Assembly (NCBI GenBank): GCA_043228905.1
Contig: JBHGNT010000007.1
Location: 19,468,001-19,532,000 of the forward strand
Source of the DNA: Azolla caroliniana
Taxonomy: Eukaryota > Plantae > Polypodiophyta
DNA: 64,000 bases
Direction: 5' to 3'
A program made the translations under genes and the position numbers. A model generated the notes under the pieces. It did no database searches, had not been told where the DNA came from, and was given only the letters and a program-made list of their open reading frames with translations. This document shows positions 36,570 through 47,429 of the stretch, piece by piece. How positions within the stretch are numbered: position 1 is the stretch's first letter; every line of letters starts with the position of its first letter.

Positions 36570-37900
36570 AGGTGAATGAAATCAAATGAATTCAAGTGAA
36601 TGAATTCAAATAATTCACATGAATGGAGTAGATTAATGATCGAGAATGAGAGTGAATGAAATCAAATGGCCTACAATATGATCAAATGAAATCAAATACA
36701 ATATGATCAAGAATGCCAGTGTTTGAGGTGAATGAAGTGAATGAAATCAAATGAATTCAAGTGAATGAAATCAAATGAATTCAAGTGAATGAATTCAAAT
36801 AATTCACATGAATGGAGTAGATTAACGATCGAGAATGAGAGTGAATGATATGAGTGCGAGTGATTAATAGACTATTAAGGAAGGGAATGGGTTAATTGGG
36901 AATGATGGGAAGACTCTTAGTGCATGCTACTGAATTTGGTGAATTAATTTACTGTAGTCGTTAATATGACTGTTGAGACGCCATCATTACACGTAGTTGG
37001 GCACTTCCCTATTACTGTGTCAGGCTCCCTTTTTTAATGAGTCGGGCTCCACATTATCAGTCGGGCTCCCTTTTTAATGAGTGGGGCTCCCTTTTTTAAT
37101 GAACATGAATGAGTCGGGCTCCACATTAATCAGTCGGGCTCCCTTTTTACCAGAGTCGGGCTCCCTTTTTAATGAGTGGGGCTCCCTTTTTTAATGAACA
37201 TGAATGAGTCGAGCTCCACACTAATCAGTCAGGCTCCCTTTTGAATAAGATTCACATTGAGTCTTGTTATGTCTTTGAAGAAGATTGACATCGAGTCTTG
37301 TTATGTCTTTGAATAAGATTGACATTGAGTCTTGTTATGTCTTTCGTATTGTTTACAACAAGGACCGAAGCACTCTTTCTATATACTTACTCTTTCTACA
37401 ACAACATTCTTTGATTACAACACTCTTTCTATATATTTACTCTTTCTTGGCCTTTCTCAAAAACCATTGTCGTGACTACTTGTCAATAAGCTATTAGTTT
37501 TATTCTTTTGACACCCAAAACATACAACCAAATATACAACCAAAATGAGATTCAAAATGAGATTCATAATGAGATTCAACTATTTACCAGATATTACAAA
37601 ATGATTTTCAGATAGAGTCCACATTGAGTCATTTACAACCAAAATGAGATTCAAATATTGATTTGATATTACAAAAATGAGAATGTACATCAAATTGAGT
37701 CATATACAACCAAAATGAGATTCAAATAATAAGACTCACAACCAGAATGTACATCAACAAAGACATATACAACCAAAATGAGATTCACACAATAAGATTC
37801 ACAACCAGAATGTACATCAAATTGAGTCATATATAACCAAAATGAGATTCAACTATTTACCAGATATTACAAAAAAGTTGACAATCCACATGAGATAGTA
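36570..37900. repeat. Internal MULE repeat blocks: AATGAA-rich repeats (36570-36850), GAGTCGGGCTCCC cluster (37020-37240), ACAACCAAAATGAGATTCA repeats (37520-37860)
   Basis: Seen directly in the sequence. Confidence 0.8.
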
Positions 37901-37949
37901 AATCGAGATCATATGTTTGATGTTACAAAGTACAACATGCTAGTGATTA

Positions 37950-39559
37950 AAATAACCCTATGCCCAGAGTCCTTCGTGTCCATTTTGCCATGATTTTCCG
38001 AAGGAGCTGCACATCTTCGAATCCAAACCATTGCTCCTTACCCTACACCACAAGATGCCATCAACCTAAGCCCAAATTCAATTCTCATAAATTCAATTCT
38101 CATAAATACTTACAAATTGATCAGACTCAAATCCTTGAATGAACTCCTCGACCAACATTCGAATGGTTTGCATCACGTAATACCCACAATCCGTCCCATT
38201 AGGTTGGGTTGGGATATGCAATACCTGGAACCACTAGATCTAATCGTCGACAAGCCACCTGAAACCTGTTTATTAGGCCAGATTAGTAACTACAAAAAAA
38301 ACATGAAGTTAACTATTGATCTCATGCCCCCACCATAACGGCATACCTAGTGAACTTTTTTCTTGTTGTGTTATCCCATGTTTTTGTGATGGTCCCAGGA
38401 CCAATAAAGACAATCCCAATGTCCGCACCCTCATCTGTGTCATATGATGTAATGAACGACAACTTACTAGGGTCCACTGTTTTCTTGCGGATTTGGATTT
38501 TAGGCCTCCTTGGTTATTGGGTTGTCGATTCTGACAGTTGGTCTTGACCACCATCGATCTCGACATGTGTCTCATCTTCTGGCATGGGAATTCCATGATT
38601 CTTACACTAAAATTCATACATAAGATTCACACATAATCATTCACACACTAGATTTAGACTCACATAAGATGCACACATAATCATAAACCTTACTTACATA
38701 AGCTTCAGACACAACCGCAATCTTCAACTTCAATTTTGCCATCCTATGCTCCTTTCCCTCGTCATACCTGGCCATCTGTTGGCTGACGAATTGGGCAATG
38801 AAATCGGCCTCCTTGGATGTTTGAAGTGCGTTTAGAGTGGCTTTGAAGATCTTAATCGCTCTTGTCCTCAACTTCCTCATGTGTGATTGGCGTGACCTGT
38901 TGTACTTTAGCTCCGGATCCAAAAAACGCTTTATTGATCATTGTCTTTCGTAGTGGCTGAAGAATGACGTGGCTGTACTCCTCATGGAGGTCGATTGCTC
39001 TTCTTCTTCTATCTTTAGCCCCCGAGGCAGTACTACACGGATGCCATGTGCCTTCTGTAAGTGAGCCTCCATGTCAACTTTTTTGCGAAACCATCGTACC
39101 TCTTTTCTACATGAATCTCCAACGATACATGTGCAACATTTGATACCTGTCGAGTCTCTTCCCGCCTTGAAGAGGGACATGGGGTCCACTACAACAATGG
39201 TGTGACATTTGCATTAGAAAAACCCAATATATACTTACTTCAATAATGATTATAAGAATGTACATCAACTCACCATTTACACTGATATCTTCAACACCTG
39301 GCCCCACGTCATGTATGGGGTTCGTATCCATGTTTGAGTCTTCAGTAATGATGTTTTCAGCATCCATATTGTTGGATTTGGGGCACCTAGCATCCTTTCT
39401 TACAAAAACCCTAAACCATCATTCAAGTTAGCACACAAACATCACTATTTATACACAATATAAAGTTGAGAAATGATTCATGCCATACCTCCCTTCATAG
39501 GGTATTGTTTCACCCCAATCCGCATCAAAGTCTATGAAGGTCTTGGACCGACTAGCCAT
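37950..39559 (-). pseudogene. Second, spliced gene within the MULE; unknown protein with a C2H2-like zinc finger
   Basis: Phase-compatible GT-AG exons 39489-39559, 39274-39398 and 38698-39188, giving MASRSKTF...KCCTCIVGDSCRKEVRWFRKKVDMEAHLQKAHG. One in-frame TGA at 38938. Further probable exons extend to ~37950; the 3' end is uncertain. Confidence 0.65.
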
Positions 39560-40607
39560 CTGTACAAAACACATGCCAAAACATTACCATATGTTTGTCT
39601 TTAAATTCAAGAATACTTGAGTCTATCCTATTGTTTCTACACAATACATTAGTGTTAAGGATTTTGAAATGGACAAAAATTGTCAATGATTTCAAAAAAT
39701 AGATCAATCTTAACAAATTCTAACATATCAATGTCAATAATTTAAAATTCATGAATGCTACTTGCAATTTTTATTTTAGTTTTTGTAATATATATACATA
39801 GAGGGCACATTCTAAATTAAGGGAGATAGCCATAATAATGATACGTATTTAAATCATAGTCATAGTTCATGAGTTCATGACAAATAGTTGGTCTTCATGG
39901 AGAATCCTAATTTCATTCAGCAAGAATTTATCATTTATCATTTAGAATACTATAATGGACACAACGTTTTACTTCCAACTTAAAACATACTTACGTAGAT
40001 TTACATAGCGCACAACTTTTTTTAGTAAGGCATTCATTACATTATTATTATTTGGGGTCAAGCCATCGCAAAGAATGTATACAAGATTTGAGATTTGACC
40101 TTTAAATGTGGGCATAAAAAAGCCCAATAATGCATGAATCAAATGGGCAAATTCAAGCATTCAAATAATGACATTCAAACCTAATATGGATGATGATTGC
40201 TTGAATACACATAGACAAGTATTATTTTTATTCCATGTCTACTCAAAACCATGGTTGATTGCTTGAAGACACAATAGAAGGAATAAAATCATATTAGGTT
40301 CAAGCAATCATCCATATTAGGTTGATGGTTTTTATGACATGGAATAAAACCTAAACCTAATAGAAGGAATATGATACCTAATAAAACCCTAAACCTAATA
40401 GAAGGAATATGATACCTACCTCTAGACTGCAGGTGCTCGCGGACAATCGGTGTTGTGCCTCACGGAAGATGTTTGCAACAGGTGCTGCCAAACAACAGGT
40501 GGTGCGGCGCGCTCAAAAACCCGAAACCCTCAACCTCACGCTTCTTGTTTGAAAACAAGAAAAAAATGACAGAAAAAGGCTTTTTATACTTCCCTCAAAC
40601 TAATGAG

Positions 40608-40925
40608 AAGGGCTCCCTTTCACAAAGTGGAGCCCTTCTTTAATGAGACGGGCTCCTTTTCCTGTGAGACGGGCTCCCTCTTTAATTGGTGCGCTTTTTC
40701 GCGCCTTTTCCACAAGGGCTTCCTTTCACAAAGTGGAGCCCTTCTTTAATGAGATGGGCTCCTTTTTCTGTGAGACGAGCTCCCTCTTTAATTGGTGCGC
40801 TTTTTCGCGCCTTTTCCACAAGGGCTCCCTTTCACAAAGTGGAGCCCTTCTTTAATGAGACGGGCTCCTTTTTCTGTGAGACGGGCTCCCTCTTTAATTG
40901 GCGCGCTTTTTCGCGCCTTTTCCAC
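40608..40925. repeat. 3 x 106-bp tandem repeat (MULE right subterminal, GGGCTCC motifs)
   Basis: Units start at 40608, 40714 and 40820. Confidence 0.92.
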
Positions 40926-41069
40926 AGCCACATTGGACAGTGCAGATTGCACGCGCCCTCATCTAGCGACCTGCATCGTCCCTCTCCGCGATTCCCTCAC
41001 TGCCCTCTTTAATATTTGGTAGTAGTTAGACACCACGGTATGTATGTATGTATGTATGTATGTATGCAT

Positions 41070-41826
41070 GCATGTTTTCTTTGCTCTGGCCATAGAGAGA
41101 AACGAGGGCCAAGAGCGCAAACGGGTATGTGCACCGATACACACGAATCAAGAAACATGCACAAACATAATGTAAATAGAATAGGACTGGTAAGTACTAG
41201 GCGGTAGGAATTAAAGGGCACTTTAGAGTCCCACACGCATAGAGAGAATGCGGGGATTTGATGTGAAGAAATCAAAGGGGGGAATCTCTGACACCGATCA
41301 CAATGTAACGGTCTCCCCTTGTGCTATAAAAGGGGAGGCTTGAGCTTGTTTTAGGAATCCGGTTTTGGGGAGGACAAAGTGCTCTCTCTCTCTCTCTTGT
41401 GCATGATTCTATAAGGAAGTCTCTACTCGCGTAGGAAGCCCGTGAGCTCCCGACCAGAGGCTCCTTGATCTGTTAGTGTGCGTATATGGGTGGGGTGTGT
41501 GTTTCGTAGAGTGCACAACTCTCCTACCTGTCGAGTTCAGTTGTATTAGGCTTACATTAATCTATTTATTTTGATTGTTCAGGTCGAAGTCTTCCTATTT
41601 ACGGGGTTTTCATCTCTACTCCCGTTTCTTCTTAGCTAGGTTTCCCCGCTCTGCCTATGAACCGCGTGACACGGTTCCTTATGCGAACCTACACAGTCGT
41701 TGTCCCGCTTTCGATAACCGACCAAACACACCGCTACGGCTGCTCTTCCTACTCCCTCTGACTCCTTGGTTTGAGACCCCCGTGGTCCTGCCTGTTTCAA
41801 CACGTACTCGCGGAAAACCGTGACAA
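41070..41826 (+). mobile_element. Probable solo LTR, 5' end unresolved
   Basis: TATAAAAGGGG at ~41325, a CT-rich R-like region, and an ending of ...AAACCGTGACA. Confidence 0.5.
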
Positions 41827-41899
41827 CGTGACAAGCTAAGCAAAGTTCAATGTTCGAAGACAAAAGCAAAGAAAGCAGAGATGATGAAGCCCTCCTATG

Positions 41900-43400
41900 C
41901 CTCATCAATCAGATGCCTAATGTATGCAATGGTTTGCACGACGCCGGACATTGGGTACGTAGTCGGAGTGGTCAACTGATATATGAGCAAACCTGGGAGA
42001 GAGCATTGGGTTGTTGTGAGGTGGATACTTCGGTACCTAAGGGGCACCTCGAGCATGTGTCTTCGATTCGCTTGATGTTATTGATGTAGGATCAAGGTGT
42101 GGATGATGTTATTGATGTTGCGACCCAGACCGACATGGATGGTATTGATGTAGGAGTTCAAATTGATATCTTATTATACCAACAGGTGCAACTACTCAGT
42201 TTATTGAATTCATACCAGACTGTAAAGAGCAACTCAGCATTGAGGGAAAGTAGGAACCCAAGAGTTTCCTTGAACAGTCTGCAGGAATTGACAAAAAATC
42301 TTCTAGATAGAATGGCCCCCTTAACTTCTGAGGCTCGATGAAAAAGGCTTTACAAATTCAGACATGTCGGCTGATGTGGATACCAACTGATCCACATCCG
42401 GTTACGTAATGACGTATGCAGGGGGAACCGTATCATGGCAGTCGAGGCTACAGACGGTCGTGGCACTATTGACCATGGAACCCAAGTATATGGCCGCAGT
42501 GGAAGGCGACAAGGAAATCATATGGATGAAGGAGTTTATCGGTGAGTTGGGAATTGGGCAAGAAGAATTCCGACTCTACTGCGATAATCAAAGTGTCATC
42601 CACCTTGCGAAGAATGCCACCTACCACTTGAGGAACAAACACATCTAGAGGAGATATCATTGGCTCCGAGAGTGAGTAGAAGAACAGGAGTTTGATCTAA
42701 TGAAGGTGCACACAACGGAGAATGGGTCGGACATGCTAACGTGTTGTCGGCCGAGAAGGTAAACGCGTGCCGATAGAAGGCCGGACTGGTGAAGTACCTC
42801 ATGCCGGAGTGAAGGGGGAGTTTATTAGATAACAGGTCCCTCCGGATGAGAAGAAGAGAACGAACCGAATCTGGTGGAGTGCGTGGGTAAACTGAAATCG
42901 AAATCGAATGATCAATTTACATGGCCAATTTGGGAGACTACATTTGTAAATAGTCTAAATATGCCCTTAGTGGGCCATAATTGTAAATAGCCCACATTGT
43001 ATACTAGTATATATACACCTAGGGCAATCATTATGTTATGATGATTTTTGGTTGTAAAGTTACACCGAAGGTAGTTTCCTCTGTAAGTAGTGAGAGTGAG
43101 TGTGAGTCATAACTCAGCCGCCGTCTGTTAGACGAAGACAAGCTCGAGGTTGTGGCCTTCGAGTCTCCTTGTACTCCTCTGAGTACCTCATAGTGATTTG
43201 TTTCTTGGGGTTTGTGGACCCCCTTGGTTTTTCCCTTTCGGGTTTTCAACGTGAAACATCCGGTGTCTCTGTCTTCTCTCCTTTCGAGTATTTCCTGTTT
43301 CCTGTTTTTTGTCTGTGCACATTTATCTCAATCTTTGCACCCAAATATAAGTATGTACGTAGAACCGATTGTGGCCGGTTACGATCCTAACCAGCTCTAG
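41900..43400 (+). mobile_element. Degenerate Copia 3' end: RT/RNase H remnant, PPT and 3' LTR
   Basis: HWVVVRWILRYLRGT, STSGYVMTYAGGTVSWQSRLQ and YCDNQSVIHLAKN. PPT GAAGGGGGAG at 42811-42820, then LTR-like DNA related to 55574-56121. Confidence 0.8.
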
Positions 43401-44210
43401 AGGTTGTTGTACCATCTCATATTTGAGAGAGTGCAAACTTCAGGTCGGTTTCCTATAATCACAATGCTTGCAAAAACCCGTCTTCAATTTCAAGATGTAG
43501 TCGATCACCATTAGCTGGTCCAGTCTGGCTTGAGACATATGGCTGAGTTTTCCATGCCATAAGTTTGATTCTGACGAATCGGCTACGCTCACTACCCCTT
43601 CTAGACTGATCATTGTACTTGTATCCATAGCTAATTTTCATATTCCCTTGGCTGATCATCGATGATGACTCACTTTAAGTCGACCAATACCCGACTTCAG
43701 CTAGCATGCTGTTGTTGGCAAAAACTGGTCCCTCTAGATGGGAAGGACATAAATCAAATGGGAGTGAGTACAAGCCAAATCAATCCACATCAACTCGGTC
43801 GAGGCCGAAAATCGACCAATTGCCAATTCGGTCGAAGCCGATAATCGATTTGGCTAATAGTCGAGTCAGTTGAAGCCGACACAAGGCTATATTTGTAAAT
43901 AGCTCATATTGTGTATGAGTATAAATACACCTAGGGTAAATCATTATGATTGTAGATGATTCAATTGTTGGAGTAACTAGAGCATCAACGTGTGTAACTA
44001 GTGAGTAGTGGTAGGAATATGTCCCTCCAGTGGGAGGAGTCGACTCTTCGGAGAGAACCGACAATCAATGACATGGAGAGTCAACGTGGAGAGTCGACAA
44101 GAGGTGATGGAGGTCGAAGACACGACAAGATGGTCAATGACTAGGTCGACTAGTCGGACCAACCTGACAGTCGACAAATGAGTCGGTTGATTATTAAAGA
44201 GTATTATTAA
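43400..44210. mobile_element. Mosaic of a minus-strand Copia GAG-pre-integrase fragment and LTR pieces
   Basis: LWHGKLSHMS...FCKHC at 43440-43628 (-). Recurrent TGTAAATAGC...TATAAATACACCTAGGG LTR motif (also at 42980 and 44240). Confidence 0.6.
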
Positions 44211-44214
44211 TACT

Positions 44215-45295
44215 ATTAGGTAATAATAATGGCCATGATTGTAAATAGCCCATACTGTGTATTAGTATAAATACACCTAGGGCAAACATGTATTGTTAGA
44301 GAGCGTGTGCTGAGAATAGTGGTAGAATAGAAAGAGACAGTGTGAGCCTCTGTTGTAGAGCATGTGAGTAAGAGAGAGTGAGGAGAGCAACGCCATAGCT
44401 GAGTGAGTTTGGATGTCAAGAGCGATGTGAGGTTGATACACTCTTATTAGAGAGTGTTGTATTGTGTGATCTCACCTTGTACTTCTATTTGTATAGTGGA
44501 ATTTTTGTTCCCGTGGTTTTCCCGATCTAGGTTTTCCACGTAAATCACAGTGTACTATGCATTTGTTGTTTTCTGTTTCCGCGGTTGGTGTGTGTATTTC
44601 CAAGTTAGTCTTTCTCATAGACTTGAGGTACAAATATTAACAAACTAGTATCAGACCTTGAGGTGCAAACATGGAAGGAGGTGTGAGCGGCTTCCCAAGT
44701 ATGATAGTTCTAAACTCTCAAAACTATGCAGGTTGGAAGATAAAGATGGAAGACCTTCTCATAGTGAAAGACTTGTACGAGACCATTGACAGAGTAGAAA
44801 TACCGAGGGGGGTATTAGAGTCTGAATGGAAACTCCTAAACAGGAAGGCGGTGGCCACCATCAAATAGTGCATCCATGTGAGTGTGAAATGAAGGCGCAT
44901 GCCGAATCATCGGCATTGGAAATGTGTGTTTAACAACGTCAACCAGGTGCAAACTTGTGTTGAGAGATGTACGACATGTTCCAGAAGTTCAACTGAACTT
45001 GATATCAGCCGGTCGGCTGGATGATGAAGGCTACACGGGTAGTATCAGGAACGACGTCATGAAGTTATGCAAGGGAAACCAGATCGTGGCCCGAGCCCGA
45101 AAGACAAACATACTATACTTGATGCATGCTCGATTATGCTGAGGGGAAGCAAATGTGGTAGCCAAAACAACTAGTGAGCTATGGCACAAGAGGCTGTGCC
45201 ATATGAACCAGAAGGGGATGTGAAAACTTCCGAGGAAAATCTCATACTCGAAATGAAGAACGTACAACTTGAGAAGTGCACAAATTTCTTGGCCA
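44215..45295 (+). mobile_element. Internally deleted Copia: LTR, degenerate PBS, gag start and pre-integrase fragments
   Basis: LTR ends ~44642, then TAGTATCAGA (degenerate Met PBS), LNSQNYAGWKIKMEDLL (gag N-terminus), LRDVRHVPEVQLNLISAG and LWHKRL. Confidence 0.75.
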
Positions 45296-45299
45296 GCAA

Positions 45300-46260
45300 T
45301 GGGTTGTGGTATATATGTAATGTATACGAGTGTGAGTGAGGAAAAATATGTGCATGAGCACATGCACAATTATGTGTATGTGTGTAACGGTTTTTTTAAC
45401 GGTCATATTATGTAACCGTTATATTTGATGTACTATATAAACCCCCCTATGGGTCTTGTAATGAAATATACATTTTGTGTCATTTCTTGGTTTCTCTCTC
45501 TCCCTCTCACGTAAACCCCTTGGGAGGGGGGTGGAGCCGTTCTTGGTTTCACCCCCCAGCCCATTAAAATAGGAGTTTAGTTTTAAAGATATTTTAGAAG
45601 TTTTAGTGTCTCTCAAGATTGGAGAAAATGAGTATATAAACCTTCTTGCAAATTCAATTAAGGGTTATCAAATGTTTTTCTTAAGATAAAGAAGTACAAG
45701 TTAATACAAAGTACAAGACAATGGTGCGGAAGGTTTGGCTAGTAGTAACCTCACTCCTTGGGGATATTGATAGGATGATGAAAGATGTATCGATTGAGTG
45801 GAAGATTTTGGATTGGAGTTGAATATTGGTGGGGATGACTTTTTATTACATATCAGGGAAGAAGAATTCAAGGGATGCTACAAAGATATGGGAAACCATT
45901 CGCCTTTCATCTTGAAGGAATCAAGTGTGTGGATCCAAAAGTGATGGAATCCATGGTCATCTTGATGATTCCACACATCCCTTCGAATTTGAAGCTGATT
46001 CCAATATCAAGAACAAGGATCGCACAATTGATTGAGCTCCTAAAGGAGAAAATGAGAATGGGCATCTTGGAGCCCTCCAACACTCGCTCCTTATTGGAGA
46101 TAATGGTTTGTAGTCCAATGAAGGATGGACGATTCTTGATTGGTCAATCTGTAACTTTCTTCTCTGCATCCTCACTTCTCGATTGGTTGATCTGTAGTTT
46201 GCATGTATCTAAGGCCATGTGCATTGACTGCCATGATGACGATCGAACCACGTGACCCTC
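45300..46260 (+). mobile_element. LTR fragment (related to 27548-28021) plus degenerate Gypsy-like pol fragment
   Basis: Shares the CCCTTGGGAGGGGGGTGGAGCC block. ELLKEKMRMGILEPS resembles an RT N-terminus. Confidence 0.55.
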
Positions 46261-47383
46261 GCCTCAAGTACTCGACACTTACTTCGTGACCAATAACATC
46301 TGTAATTGAGGATGTTTGGCTAGGGGGAAAAGGGAGCTAGGGAGGGGATGTTGTCAATCGATTGATACACAAAGAAAAATATTAATTATCATTGGCTACA
46401 CACTTGTCCAAGGCTTTTGAAAGTATCCCTAAAACATTATGACTATGTGCCATTGAACTCAACTAGAAATAATTGATATATTCGTTATATTATAGTGATC
46501 GCCACCTCTATCATAGGTTCCTCGGTGGTAGCAATAGTAGATTATAAATCGTGCATAAATAAATACATGCGATGCGCGCCAAACATTTGATTCATTCATA
46601 ATTGCTTAAGTCCTCGATGCTAGCTAAAACATATTTTCAATAACATCTGAAAATTGAAATTTTGTTGTGTAAATAAAATAGTGCCTTGAGATTGATTCAT
46701 TACAAGTTGCAGGTTTTATTCCTGACTAATCTAGAATTTCAAGAAGCATATCCAAATATTACTAGCATCGAAGAATATCATTAATTAATAGCTATTAAAG
46801 CTTTCCATTCGCCATTCCTTAGCAATGCAAGACATATAGCTAGTAAATTGAGTCACCATCCAAAATTTTGGCATAGGACCCATAGTAGATGAAGTTGTGG
46901 AAATATTCACTATGTTACCCGGACAAGTATGGACGCGTCGGAGTCGGAAGAAAGTCTGAGGTCGGAGTCGGAGTCGGATCAATAGTCGAATCGATGACTC
47001 AACAGTTAGCCGAGTAGGACATAGTTAGTTACGAAGTTTTGTAATTCTTGAGAATTATAAACAGTAGGATTTCTTGATGAGAAAAGACCTTTGGGTTACC
47101 TATAAAAGAAACCAAAGGCATTGTAAAAAGCTATCGTTGTACTTAGTAATATAAAGTTTAGTTAGGAAACCTCTATGTACGAATCGTTCTTGTTATCTCT
47201 TTCATTCTGTCTAAACTATATTACATAAGTCACGATCTCGGTGTCTGTGACCACCGATAAGTTTACAACTAATTCGTATCTATTCGTTAACCACAACTTC
47301 TTGATAGAACGTTCAATACGAATGTTCGTCTTATACTGTGTTGGCAAAGTAGTAATTGTCGACCGAACAACACAATATAATTT

Positions 47384-47396
47384 TGGCACGCCCGGT
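47384..47396 (+). promoter_or_regulatory. Primer binding site, tRNA-Arg(TCT)-type, 11 nt from the LTR
   Basis: TGGCACGCCCGGT. Confidence 0.75.
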
Positions 47397-47429
47397 TACA
47401 TCTGCACATAGCAGAGAACAAGACGAATG

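Larger units (their letters stand above)
33520..41037 (-). mobile_element. Mutator-like (MULE) DNA transposon, ~7.5 kb
   Basis: ~72-bp TIRs (33520-33592 and 40966-41037; core CTAACTACTACCAAATATTAAAGAGGGCA). Candidate 9-bp TSD GTATGTATG. Subterminal GGAGCCC repeats and a MULE transposase inside. Confidence 0.88.

Noticed and set aside
46908-46912. CACTA words as termini of a CACTA transposon
   Set aside because: They are direct repeats flanking LTR ends, so they form a 5-bp TSD rather than inverted termini.
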